A stretch of 64,000 bases of DNA from Bacteroidota bacterium (GTDB lineage: Bacteria > Bacteroidota > Bacteroidia > 2-12-FULL-35-15): assembly GCA_947479085.1 (NCBI GenBank), contig CANJYB010000017.1, positions 34,955-98,954 on the forward strand, in the 5' to 3' direction. A program made the position numbers and the translations under genes. This document shows positions 10,491-20,176 of this stretch, one piece after another (within the stretch, counting starts at the first letter, position 1; every line of letters begins with the position of its first letter). The notes under the pieces were generated by a model. The model did not search any database. It saw only the letters and a program-made list of their open reading frames with translations, and was not told the DNA's origin.

Positions 10491-10867
10491 CTCTTAAAAC
10501 ATCCTTTATTACTGTTTTTTTCTTTTCCTTCATTCCCAATTTGTTTTTGTTTTGACTTTTTATTTGAAAAGATACTCCCCGATTATTTATAAACTGTCTT
10601 CCCGCTTTACACCTGTGCTGAGCCTGCCGAAGTACTGCAATCTTTTTCTTTTTTTGAAATAAAAAAAGAAAAAGGATTTCCGTTTCAATCGGGTTTAGGG
10701 GGAAAGGTTCAGTTGCCTTAAATGGCTTTTTTTTAGATATGTTTTAATAAAAAAAATAAATCCTCTTCTGAAAAAAAAAGCTCCCCATTTCTGAGAAGCT
10801 TTTTTTTAATCTGAAATTTGAAATCGGTCATCCGACATCGGTCATCTGACATCCATCATCCGACACC

Positions 10868-11818
10868 TTACGAAATAATATCCAACTGATATATTCCGGG
10901 AGTATCGTTTTCATTCAGTATATATAAGTTATCGCCATTTGTAAAAAAATCATCAAACCGCTCTCTGATGGTATGCCCATGCTCTACAGTAAATGACGAC
11001 CCCACTTTTACACCTCTTAATTTCATTCCGATGGTAAGCGAAACAGCGCCTGTGTTATGAAACTTTGCAATTTTTCCTGCAAAATATTCGATTGGAATAT
11101 CTGTTTCGCTGTTTTTTGCAGGCTCTCCTTTTTTGCGCTCCAGGCGGTGTTGAGGATATAATAAGGTTTCGTTAAAATAAGTATATTTTGCTGTGGTGCT
11201 GTGGCGGTTGTTGTGTGCTATTTCCAGCACATTGTCTGTAAGCTGGTCCGAAAGCGCTTCGGCAGCGGTTTCTACAGTAACTATATCATTTCTTACAGCA
11301 GAGGTTTGCGAACCATGAGTGGTATCGGCACTTGTAAAAATGTTATTCAGACTGATTAAAGCAGCTTCGAAACCGGGAAGATCAGTGGCGTAAGTATGCG
11401 CTTTGGCAATAAGTGCAAGTATGTTTTGTTCAAACTGGTCATCCGAAGAGTTATAAATAAGCACTCTTAAAGTGGAAGGAAAAGTAGCAATAAAGCGAGG
11501 GTCGTTTTTGCCACCGAACAATGCTCTTGCCCATCCATAACGATTTGCAACATATACTTCGAGATTGGTACGGGCAAGGTCTTTGGCACTGGTGCCTCCT
11601 TTGCGGCTGCCTTTGTCAGTAGTTTTGGTAGTGCTCAATATTGCTAGGTTGTCGGCTGCTGCCGTGGTGGCGGTTATCAGGTCGTCATAAATGCCGCCCG
11701 GGTTATTGGCAACTATGCTCATGTTGCGTACATTGTCCCTCGCAAAATCAACCAAACGAAGGTGAGTAATTGCTTTTTCAAGAAAAAGCCCATCGAAAAA
11801 TCTTTGTAAGTCTAACAT
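10868..11818 (-). CDS. hypothetical protein (compositionally atypical, Ala/Thr-rich)
   Basis: 316-aa ORF with no signal peptide and clearly higher GC than surrounding genes; no recognisable domain. Confidence 0.4.
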   Translation of the reverse strand: MLDLQRFFDGLFLEKAITHLRLVDFARDNVRNMSIVANNPGGIYDDLITATTAAADNLAILSTTKTTDKGSRKGGTSAKDLARTNLEVYVANRYGWARALFGGKNDPRFIATFPSTLRVLIYNSSDDQFEQNILALIAKAHTYATDLPGFEAALISLNNIFTSADTTHGSQTSAVRNDIVTVETAAEALSDQLTDNVLEIAHNNRHSTTAKYTYFNETLLYPQHRLERKKGEPAKNSETDIPIEYFAGKIAKFHNTGAVSLTIGMKLRGVKVGSSFTVEHGHTIRERFDDFFTNGDNLYILNENDTPGIYQLDIIS

Positions 11819-11979
11819 CTTTTTTTTATTTTAAAAATTAATACTAAAGTGTGTGTTTATTTTACAGGTCAAATTTATTAAAAAATTTAATATTCAAATA
11901 TTTTCCCCTTTATTTTTTCTTTTTTTGTAAATCTTCTTAACTATTAAAACAAACGATTGCCATTTTTAGGAAAAGTCCA

Positions 11980-12216
11980 CTTCCCGGGAGGTGATATATG
12001 CCAATTTTTTGTCATAGTCCTTCTTCCGGGAGGTGATATATGCCAACTTTTTGGTATAGTCCTTCTCCCGGGAGCTGATATATGCCAACTTTTTGGTATA
12101 GCCCTTCTCTCGGGAGGTGATATATGCCAACTTTTTGGTATAGCCCTTCTCTCGGGAGGTGATATATGCCAACTTTTTGGTATAGCCCACCTCCCGGGAG
12201 GTGATATATTCCGGCA
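11980..12216. repeat. 42-bp tandem repeat, ~5.6 copies
   Basis: Unit cccgggaggtgatatatgccaactttttggtatagtccttct repeats with exact 42-bp phase (CCGGG at 11984, 12026, 12068, 12110, 12152, 12194). Confidence 0.9.
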
Positions 12217-12563
12217 TTTCAAAATGGGAAAAATGGCTTTTTTGATAAAAAACTCATTTTAAGGCCATTTAAGCCATTATTTTAAAAAGATAGTATTTTC
12301 CGGCTTTTATGTTAAAAACAGGTTTTTGAGGCTTTTTTGGGAAAAAGAAGGAAAAACTCAGGGCAGGTTTAGGGTTTTCTGATTTATACATATATATATA
12401 TGTATAGGTTAAAAAAGGATTTACGAAACATCCGATTGCGTAAATCCTGACTTTAAAGGAGGATTTATGCAATTAGATGTATATTTGTTGCGTAGATATA
12501 TATGTTATCCGTAATTTTACGAACGTGCGTGCGAACCTTTAACATTTTAAAAACAGAAACGAA

Positions 12564-13349
12564 ATGAGCATAAGACATCACCTTAACTACAAAGACGGCT
12601 ACTACAAAATCAATCGTGAAGAAAGAAATTTAGCCGCAATTTTTTATCACACTCTTTTGCTTGGCGACAACCTTAAATTGTTTCTTGACGAAATAGGTTG
12701 CAAGTTTCCAATAGTAGAAAAAGAAATGGGAATTTATTTTGAGTACGCATATATTCGTGATTTATGGAGTACGAACACTCCAACAAATGAAATAAAAAGA
12801 AAACTTATTCTTGACCTCTTACAACCCAACAACAGACAAGAGTTAGAAAAACTATCAGTGCTTGACTTCAACACATACTTTGGTGCTAACAGAACATTAT
12901 CTACTGAATACATTGCAAGCCCAGGGAATTGGAGTATAAGATACTTTCACAAAACCATAACAGACAACGTTGAGTTTTTGAAAGTATGTAAATTCAAATG
13001 GTGTTTCAATGCAAAGCCCGACATTGTTATACATACTTCACACGACACAGCAGTTTGTATTGAAGCAAAGTTTGAAAGTGGCGAAGGAAAATATCCATCA
13101 ACAGACATTGAGAAAGAAATTTTCAAGAATAGAGGTATTGAACTTGTAGGACAACTATCAATACAGAAAAAAACTATGGAAGAACTTTTAGGTATTCAAA
13201 CAGAATACATCTTTTTAGTTCAGCGGAAATCAATAAACGAAACACATAAAGCTTGGACTTGGAAAGAAGCATTTGCAAAACTTGACACAACGAATTGCCC
13301 ATACTTTATTAAAGAGTGGCTAAAACGTTCAGACATTAACCAACAATAA
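12564..13349 (+). CDS. hypothetical protein with PD-(D/E)xK nuclease-like core
   Basis: Motif ...KPDIVIHTSHDTAVCIEAKF... gives D-x13-E-x-K spacing on predicted beta strands, with an upstream acidic helix (EYAYIRD). Confidence 0.4.
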   Translation: MSIRHHLNYKDGYYKINREERNLAAIFYHTLLLGDNLKLFLDEIGCKFPIVEKEMGIYFEYAYIRDLWSTNTPTNEIKRKLILDLLQPNNRQELEKLSVLDFNTYFGANRTLSTEYIASPGNWSIRYFHKTITDNVEFLKVCKFKWCFNAKPDIVIHTSHDTAVCIEAKFESGEGKYPSTDIEKEIFKNRGIELVGQLSIQKKTMEELLGIQTEYIFLVQRKSINETHKAWTWKEAFAKLDTTNCPYFIKEWLKRSDINQQ

Positions 13350-13394
13350 AACGCTTGAAACCCTTGACACGAAAGACAAAACTACGGATAACAT

Positions 13395-13483
13395 AGGATT
13401 TATGCAATAAGTATTGGGGGGGCAGAATCGCTAACTTTGAAGTGTCTGCGGAAAATCCCCCCAATACTTACTGCATAAATCCT
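13395..13483. other. long perfect-stem hairpin (27-bp arms, ~35-nt loop)
   Basis: aggatttatgcaataagtattggggggg ...loop... ccccccaatacttactgcataaatcct; the arms contain the AGGATTTATG motif that also recurs upstream of the nuclease-like gene. Confidence 0.8.
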
Positions 13484-13583
13484 TCAAACGTTATGCGTCA
13501 TTGTGAGAACGCGCGTAACGAACAGACCCGAACAGACAACAGAAACGAAATGTTTGGAAACAAAATAATCCTAATTCATAGAA

Positions 13584-13907
13584 CTACTTTTTCTTTTTAG
13601 GAATTATTTTTTTCGGTTTAGGAGTTATTAATTCTTCTAACTCCTCCTTATTTAATTCGTAGCCGACCTGCAATAACTTGTACGGTTGAACATTCAAAGC
13701 GATACTTAACTTCAAAATAGTAATCATTGTTACATTGTACCCATTCTCTATTCTATGAATGTGTGCTCTTGTAAGTCCGACTTCTAAACCTAACTGCTCC
13801 ATAGAAAGTTTTCTTTTATTTCTATACTTTGCTATGTTCTCTCCAATTAAAATTAAAAATTGGTGAGGTTTTTCTTTTGGCATCTGATCTTTTATTTGAG
13901 ATATCAA
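13584..13907 (-). CDS. XRE-family helix-turn-helix transcriptional regulator
   Basis: LSMEQLGLEVGLTRAHIHRIENG is a classic HTH_XRE motif; 107 aa with Lys-rich tail. Confidence 0.6.
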   Translation of the reverse strand: MISQIKDQMPKEKPHQFLILIGENIAKYRNKRKLSMEQLGLEVGLTRAHIHRIENGYNVTMITILKLSIALNVQPYKLLQVGYELNKEELEELITPKPKKIIPKKKK

Positions 13908-14000
13908 AAGTCAGTTAAAGAAAATATTTTTAAGTTACCTTAAAAGGGAACATAATATTATATATATTTGCGAGGTATAAACAAACAAATAAAAAAAATA

Positions 14001-14528
14001 ATGGAAAAAACATTTACAAAAGTATTAGCAGTTATTATTATAATTGCAACGATCACAACTATTACAAGCTGTTCAACGGTTATTGACTTGGGGAAATTAA
14101 ACATGATTTCAGATAGAAATATCGATAGCAAAATGGATTATGTGTTAATTAAAAATTACGCAGGTGGTTCAAAGAAAGAAATAAAAAAAGGATTAAAGCG
14201 AACAAAAACAATTTCACTCGACATCGCGGTAGATGAAACCGTAAAAAATGTTGCTGGAGGTGAGTTTCTTAAAAATGTCAGAGTTTACGGATTAAAAAAA
14301 AGAAAAAAGATGTATTTATTAGTAGAAGGCGATGTTTGGGGTTCGGCTGGTAATGAAAGTTTCAGAGGATTTAAACTTGGGGACACAGTGCAATGGAAAG
14401 AATTAGGAGTAACACATAAAGGTACAATTACAGGACTTACTGATGCGACAAGATGTATGGTAAAAGAGGATGGAAAAGAAAACAGTGTTTCTTTAAAGTT
14501 TGCAAGTATCACAAAAGTAAGCGAATAA
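14001..14528 (+). CDS. hypothetical lipoprotein
   Basis: MEKTFTKVLAVIIIIATITTITSC is a signal peptide with lipobox; start placed at the internal ATG. Divergent from the XRE gene. Confidence 0.4.
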   Translation: MEKTFTKVLAVIIIIATITTITSCSTVIDLGKLNMISDRNIDSKMDYVLIKNYAGGSKKEIKKGLKRTKTISLDIAVDETVKNVAGGEFLKNVRVYGLKKRKKMYLLVEGDVWGSAGNESFRGFKLGDTVQWKELGVTHKGTITGLTDATRCMVKEDGKENSVSLKFASITKVSE

Positions 14529-14551
14529 AATTCTACATATTAACTATTTTA

Positions 14552-14584
14552 AAAGGTGCTTAAAATTAAGCACCTTTTTTATTT
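14552..14584 (+). terminator. rho-independent terminator
   Basis: aaaggtgcttaa-aat-ttaagcaccttt hairpin followed by T7. Confidence 0.65.
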
Positions 14585-14742
14585 TACAACCAAGACGATA
14601 ATAAAATTAACTTTGCAACGTGAAAAGAATCCCCGTACGCGCTAAGCTGACGGGCAAGCAAAAGGGCAGGGCTTAGTGTGTAGTTAATGGTGTAAGCTGT
14701 GCTTACTGCTATTGCCTTTTACAAAGGCAAAGTCCCTTTCAA

Positions 14743-16587
14743 TTAAACAAACGCCTGCAAATCGTACAACTTTTTATAAGTACTGTTATTTGCTAATAAG
14801 GTGGTATGGGTTCCGCGCTCGATGATTTCACCTTTTTGCATTACTATAATTTCATCGGCATGTTGTATGGTAGAAAGCCGGTGAGCAATAACCAATGAAG
14901 TTCGGTTTTTCATTAATTTAAACAGCGCATCCTGCACCAGGCGTTCGCTTTCAGTATCTAATGCCGAAGTGGCTTCATCCAGTATTAATATAGGTGGGTT
15001 TTTAAGAACTGCTCTTGCTATGCTTATTCGTTGTCTTTGTCCTCCGCTCATTTTACTTCCACGGTCGCCTATGTTGGTTTGGTAGCCGTTTGCCATTTCG
15101 CTTATAAACTGATGTGCATTGGCTATTTTGGCAGCTTCTATCACTTGTTGTTCTGTTACGTTTTCTATCCCGAAGGCAATATTATTATATACAGTATCGT
15201 TAAATAAAATGGATTCCTGGGTAACAATGCCCATAATGGAGCGCACATCTTTTATTTTTGCCTGTTTTATTTCTACTCCATCTATCAATATTTGTCCTTC
15301 GGTGGTATCATAAAAACGGGGAAGCATATCTGCCAGGGTGGTTTTACCCGAACCCGATTGACCCACAAGGGCAATGGTTTTTCCTTTTTCAATTTTCAAA
15401 TTAATCTTGTTGAGTACCCAACCTACTTCGCCTTCGCGGTAAGCAAAGGAAACATTGCGGTATTCTATTTCTTTTTCAAAACCTTTTATTGGTTTAGGAT
15501 TTGGAGCATCTTTAATGGTTATTTCAGCATTTAATATTTTATCAATCCGTTCGGCAGAAGCCAATCCTTTTTGCACACTGTAATATGCAGCTGTGAATGA
15601 TTTGGCAGGAGCCAACAATTGCGAAAACATAACAATGTACATCAGCAGCAAGGTTCCATCCATGGTGTTATCCACTATTACCATTCTTCCTCCAAGATAA
15701 AGTATAACCACCATTACTGTAACTCCAAGCAGTTCGCTTAAGGGCGAAGCCAGATCTATTTTTCGAAACATCTTGATGGAGATGCTGGTATAGAGTTGAT
15801 TTTCCTGCCCGAATTTTTCACTCACTGTTTTCTCAGCATTAAATCCTTTGATGATGCGAAGCCCGCCCAGGGTTTCTTCCATGATGGATAAAAGCACTCC
15901 CATTTTTTCCTTGCTTCGCCCTGCCGAACGTTTTAAACTTTTACCAATTGCTCCTATTAATAAAGCAGTAATGGGTAATAATATAAAGGCTGTAATGGTT
16001 AACTTTATGCTGATGGCAAACATTAATATTAAATACACCACTATGGTTAACGGTTCACGAAATATCATTTCGAGCGATTGCATAATGCTCCACTCTATTT
16101 CGTTTACATCGGCTGTCATAACAGACATTACATCTCCCTTTCTTTCTTCGGAATAATACGAAAGCGGAAGGTCCATTGTTTTGTTAAATATTTTATTGCG
16201 TATGTCGCGCACCACTCCGTTACGGATGGGAGCAAGAAAATACATGGCTAAATAACGGGTAAGGTTTTTAAGAAAAATGGTAAAGATGATGAACAAACAA
16301 ATGGCAACAAGTACATTCAGTTTTCCATAATTAATAGCTCCGCTTGCCATGTGGTAATTAACATAGGCAACTATACTATCGGTGTTAAATGCAAATACCG
16401 GGTTTCCTTTGGCAATAATATCAGATAATTCGGATTCGGAATTGGAAAGTAAAATTTTGAGAAACGGAAACAGGGTAGCAATGGAAAACAAAGAAAAAAT
16501 GACGGAGAAAATATTAAAAACAATATTTAAAGTACCGTATCGCCAATAGCCTTTTACATAACGAAGAACGCCAAAGAATTTTTTCAT
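14743..16587 (-). CDS. ABC transporter ATP-binding/permease protein (MsbA-like exporter)
   Basis: Six-TM N-terminal domain plus Walker A GQSGSGKTT, ABC signature LSGGQRQRISIARA and Walker B ILILDEATSALD. Confidence 0.85.
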   Translation of the reverse strand: MKKFFGVLRYVKGYWRYGTLNIVFNIFSVIFSLFSIATLFPFLKILLSNSESELSDIIAKGNPVFAFNTDSIVAYVNYHMASGAINYGKLNVLVAICLFIIFTIFLKNLTRYLAMYFLAPIRNGVVRDIRNKIFNKTMDLPLSYYSEERKGDVMSVMTADVNEIEWSIMQSLEMIFREPLTIVVYLILMFAISIKLTITAFILLPITALLIGAIGKSLKRSAGRSKEKMGVLLSIMEETLGGLRIIKGFNAEKTVSEKFGQENQLYTSISIKMFRKIDLASPLSELLGVTVMVVILYLGGRMVIVDNTMDGTLLLMYIVMFSQLLAPAKSFTAAYYSVQKGLASAERIDKILNAEITIKDAPNPKPIKGFEKEIEYRNVSFAYREGEVGWVLNKINLKIEKGKTIALVGQSGSGKTTLADMLPRFYDTTEGQILIDGVEIKQAKIKDVRSIMGIVTQESILFNDTVYNNIAFGIENVTEQQVIEAAKIANAHQFISEMANGYQTNIGDRGSKMSGGQRQRISIARAVLKNPPILILDEATSALDTESERLVQDALFKLMKNRTSLVIAHRLSTIQHADEIIVMQKGEIIERGTHTTLLANNSTYKKLYDLQAFV

Positions 16588-16648
16588 TCCGCAAATATAC
16601 GCTTTGCAGCTATTTAATTGTTAATTTTGAATTCCTAAATAAATATAA

Positions 16649-16987
16649 ATGGATTCGACACGACAATTAAAAGTATCACGATTAATACAAAAAGAACTGG
16701 GAGAAATATTTCAGCGCGAAACCCGCATTCTTTTTGGCAATGCGCTTATAACAGTAACACAGGTAAGAGTTAGTCCCGACCTGGGAGTGGCCAAAGTATA
16801 TGTAAGTTTGTTCAACGTGCCCGATACAAAAGTTCTTTTGAAATCAATACAGGAACATACCAAGGAAATAAGACTGAAACTTTCGGACAGGATAAAAAAA
16901 CAGGTACGTATTATTCCTAATCTTGTTTTTTTCCTTGACGATTCGTTGGATTATGCATTGAGGATTGATGAATTGCTTAAAAAATAG
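16649..16987 (+). CDS. rbfA: ribosome-binding factor A
   Basis: 112 aa; RbfA-like KH-fold sequence (RLIQKELGEIFQRE...VTQVRVSPDLGVAKVYVS). Confidence 0.75.
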   Translation: MDSTRQLKVSRLIQKELGEIFQRETRILFGNALITVTQVRVSPDLGVAKVYVSLFNVPDTKVLLKSIQEHTKEIRLKLSDRIKKQVRIIPNLVFFLDDSLDYALRIDELLKK

Positions 16988-17028
16988 ATATGTTTTTATT
17001 ACTATGTTTTTTTGCTGAAATTACGAAT

Positions 17029-17062
17029 ACCCCTGTCAGGGTTTAGAACCCTGACAGGGGTA
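17029..17062. repeat. palindromic intergenic repeat, family 1 (terminator-like), copy 1
   Basis: acccctgtcagggtttagaaccctgacaggggta; near-identical copies at 25255 and 60216. Confidence 0.8.
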
Positions 17063-17092
17063 ACTCTTTTAATAACGTAAACAATTTAATAA

Positions 17093-18304
17093 TTGAACCT
17101 CCCCTTTTTCATAGCCAAACGATATTTGATTTCAAAGAAATCGCACAATGCCATTAATATTATTTCGGCTGTATCGGTAATTGGTGTTTGTATTGGCACC
17201 ATGGCGTTGGTAATTGTTCTTTCGGCATTTAATGGACTAACAGAGCTTGTGCAATCGCTTTATAATTCTTTCGACCCGGATATTTCCATAACTATAAAGC
17301 AAGGAAAAACATTTGACCCGAATACAAGTGAAATTCAATCCTTAAAAAACATTCCCGGTATTGTTAATTATATTGAAGTGATGGAAGGCAATGCATTATT
17401 AAAGTTTAATGATAAACAATGTATTGCTACAGTTAAAGGTGTAAGTCCTGAGTTCGGGAAATCAAGCGACTTTCAAAAGAAAATAAGTTCAGGAACTTTT
17501 AACCTGGAGAAAAACAACATAGTAATGGGAACAGGAATTGGGAACCTACTCCAAACCGGCCCCAGGGATATGTTTACTCCTGTTTCAGTGTTTGCCCCAA
17601 AGCGGGGAACTTCCAATTCCCTGAATCCGGAAGATGGAATGAATGAATTGAAAGTTTATCCATCGGGAACATTTACTATTAATGATGAATTTGATTACAA
17701 GTACATCTTAATGAATATTGAAAAAGCGCGCCAACTTCTTGATTATACCAATGAAGTTACCGCTATAGAATTACAATTATCACCTTTAGCCAATAAGGAA
17801 GAAGTGCAACAGCATATTGTTTCTGCTTTGGGAAACCAATACACGGTAAAAAACAGGGAGCAACAAAACGAAATGCTTTATAAAACCATGAAATCGGAAA
17901 AACTATGGGTGTTCATTATCCTTGTATTTATATTAATCATTGCCACATTTAATGTAATAGGTTCACTTACCATGTTGATTATTGAAAAGAAAAAAGACAT
18001 TACGATATTAAATAATATGGGGGCTGATGCCAGTTTAATCAGAAAGGTGTTTTTGTTTGAAGGATTGATGATAACCGTAGTTGGTGCTTTTGTTGGTTTG
18101 GCATTGGGATTGATTATTTGCTGGCTACAAATTAAATTTTCTATTGTAAAATATTCCGAGGGATTTGTGGTGGATGCTTATCCAATAAAAATACAACCAC
18201 TGGATATGTTTTTAATTATGGTAGTTGTATTATTGATTGGCTTTTTTGCTGCCTGGTACCCGGTAAAACTATTTACCAAAAAACACCTTGCTCATTTTGC
18301 CTGA
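17093..18304 (+). CDS. FtsX-like ABC permease, LolC/LolE family
   Basis: N-terminus MNLPFFIAKRYLISKKSHNAINIISAVSVIGV is typical of LolC/E; large periplasmic loop followed by three C-terminal TMs. Confidence 0.65.
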   Translation: MNLPFFIAKRYLISKKSHNAINIISAVSVIGVCIGTMALVIVLSAFNGLTELVQSLYNSFDPDISITIKQGKTFDPNTSEIQSLKNIPGIVNYIEVMEGNALLKFNDKQCIATVKGVSPEFGKSSDFQKKISSGTFNLEKNNIVMGTGIGNLLQTGPRDMFTPVSVFAPKRGTSNSLNPEDGMNELKVYPSGTFTINDEFDYKYILMNIEKARQLLDYTNEVTAIELQLSPLANKEEVQQHIVSALGNQYTVKNREQQNEMLYKTMKSEKLWVFIILVFILIIATFNVIGSLTMLIIEKKKDITILNNMGADASLIRKVFLFEGLMITVVGAFVGLALGLIICWLQIKFSIVKYSEGFVVDAYPIKIQPLDMFLIMVVVLLIGFFAAWYPVKLFTKKHLAHFA

Positions 18305-18426
18305 TATTTTTAAAAGGGTTACAATTTCTTTGTTTTTTTATATTTGTTGCGATAAAATCAAACTTGTCAGAAAATTACAAAACAAGAAGTTGTAGTTAAA
18401 AAAGAATTTAAAATTTAATAAATAGT

Positions 18427-19434
18427 ATGAGCAACACTTCCGGCTTTACTGCTAAACTTACTTCCAGCGATGGAATAAATTATATCAATATCGGGTTGAT
18501 GATAATCAGTGTGATTGCTGCTTATATTTTGCCTTTTGAAGTTTTTTTGTTTTCGTATGCCGTATTGGGCCCTTTGCATTATTTAACTGAAATCTCCTGG
18601 CTTGATAAAAAGAACTACTTTATTAAATCAAAAAATGACATCTGGATTTTTGTAGTTATGGTGGTGATAATAACCATTGGCATGTTCGATGAAAAGTCAA
18701 GAACCAATGCATTTGTCAGCAGCCTTATGTTTTCCGGATTTATGTATGCGCTTATTATATTATTTGTTGAAAAGCTAAGTATAAAGTTGGGGTTGGTGTT
18801 TCTTACCTTCCTTGTTTCGGTCATTTTTAATTTTAACGTTTACCCTACAATACCTTTTATGATTTTTGCGGTATGGCTTCCCACCATTATGCACGTATTT
18901 CTATTTACCGGGGCGTTTATTTTATTCGGAGCTTTAAAATCCAGGAGCGTTTCAGGAATTATATCCCTGGTATTTTTTATCTGTTGCGCATTGGTGTTCT
19001 TTATATATGTGCCGGAAAACTTTGGCATCACGGTAAGTGATTATGGCAAAAAGGCCTATTCCTTTTTCAGAATAGTAAATACTTCCCTGTATGAATTATT
19101 TGGTTACGGAACATTAAAAAGAGATGATATCGCATTGTACATTAGTCCAAAAGCAGTTGCCATTATGCGGTTTATTGCTTTTGCTTATACTTATCATTAC
19201 CTTAACTGGTTTTCAAAAACCTCCGTTATTAAATGGAACCAGGTTTCAAAAACAAGGATGACAGTAATTATTGTACTTTGGATAGCGTCTGTGGTATTAT
19301 ATGCGGTAAGTTACAAAATAGGCTTTTATGCTCTATTCTTATTAAGCATGCTCCATGTATTCTTTGAGTTCCCCCTCAATCATTTTACCTTTATAGGGAT
19401 AGGCAAAGAGCTGAAATCTATTTTCCGGAAATAG
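18427..19434 (+). CDS. hypothetical polytopic membrane protein
   Basis: 335 aa with >8 hydrophobic helices; no recognisable family. Confidence 0.4.
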   Translation: MSNTSGFTAKLTSSDGINYINIGLMIISVIAAYILPFEVFLFSYAVLGPLHYLTEISWLDKKNYFIKSKNDIWIFVVMVVIITIGMFDEKSRTNAFVSSLMFSGFMYALIILFVEKLSIKLGLVFLTFLVSVIFNFNVYPTIPFMIFAVWLPTIMHVFLFTGAFILFGALKSRSVSGIISLVFFICCALVFFIYVPENFGITVSDYGKKAYSFFRIVNTSLYELFGYGTLKRDDIALYISPKAVAIMRFIAFAYTYHYLNWFSKTSVIKWNQVSKTRMTVIIVLWIASVVLYAVSYKIGFYALFLLSMLHVFFEFPLNHFTFIGIGKELKSIFRK

Positions 19435-20092
19435 CTTTTTGTTTTATCCCGATAAACATTACCGATAAACTGCCTATAATAAATACATGGGCAATGTCCA
19501 GGTAAGTAAAGTATTCATTTATGGAAACTTTGGTACCGTTAATAATAGCAGTAACAAATAAAATAACAATTCCCCAGCCCACCATTTCATTTCCCTTTTG
19601 TTTGCTTTTGTTTTTGAAATGAATTACCATTACCGGTATCAATGCAATGGCGCTATCGAAAACAACGACAAGGAAATTACTGAAAACAAGTACGGCAATG
19701 GAAAACAGAATTACCTGTATCAGGTTAGCCCATTTCCAGGTTTCCTTATTTGGTGAATCTTTTAATATAGAATGAAGAGTCGCCTGCTGGGCACAAAAAG
19801 CTGAAAATATATTAAACCATTGCATCGGGAACCAAAATGATTTGTATCCCACACCATCATGTATGGCGAAAAAACCATGTGAGCATCCTCCAAACAGCGA
19901 TGCCAGACTTAAAAACAAGTAGAACCATTTCCAGCTTATATCACTTTTATTAACTGAGCCAATCTTTCTCAGTTTCAAATAAAAAAAGAAACAAAGTGTG
20001 GAAATTATTATATCAGTAAAAGCGGTAACGGGCTGGTGAATTGCAACTCCACCTATATTTATAGTAGTATCTATTTTTGCATAATCAATCAT
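19418..20092 (-). CDS. hypothetical polytopic membrane protein
   Basis: 224 aa, multiple TM helices; convergent with and overlapping the previous gene by 17 bp. Confidence 0.4.
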   Translation of the reverse strand: MIDYAKIDTTINIGGVAIHQPVTAFTDIIISTLCFFFYLKLRKIGSVNKSDISWKWFYLFLSLASLFGGCSHGFFAIHDGVGYKSFWFPMQWFNIFSAFCAQQATLHSILKDSPNKETWKWANLIQVILFSIAVLVFSNFLVVVFDSAIALIPVMVIHFKNKSKQKGNEMVGWGIVILFVTAIINGTKVSINEYFTYLDIAHVFIIGSLSVMFIGIKQKAISGK

Positions 20093-20176
20093 TTCGCAAA
20101 AGTAAAAAAAATGTTTAAAACTAATGTTACAATATATATAGGTTAATCTTATACTATATAATACTACTTTTGCACT

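Noticed and set aside
11989-12000. Functional Shine-Dalgarno sites (GGAGGTGA) in the 42-bp array
   Set aside because: Bacteroidota rarely use SD-dependent initiation and no real gene follows; kept as a curiosity in findings rather than annotated as an RBS.
11944-12262. Three overlapping ORFs through the 42-bp array
   Set aside because: All arise from the in-frame (14-codon) repeat; repetitive low-complexity peptides; treated as non-coding repeat.
12269-12472. 67-aa minus-strand ORF in the nuclease-gene promoter region
   Set aside because: Lies across the palindromic operator-like motifs and AT-rich promoter DNA; no support.
13395-13483. Integron attC site or MITE interpretation of the 27-bp-stem hairpin
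   Set aside because: No integrase or transposase nearby, no R'/R'' core-site pattern, no target-site duplication evident.
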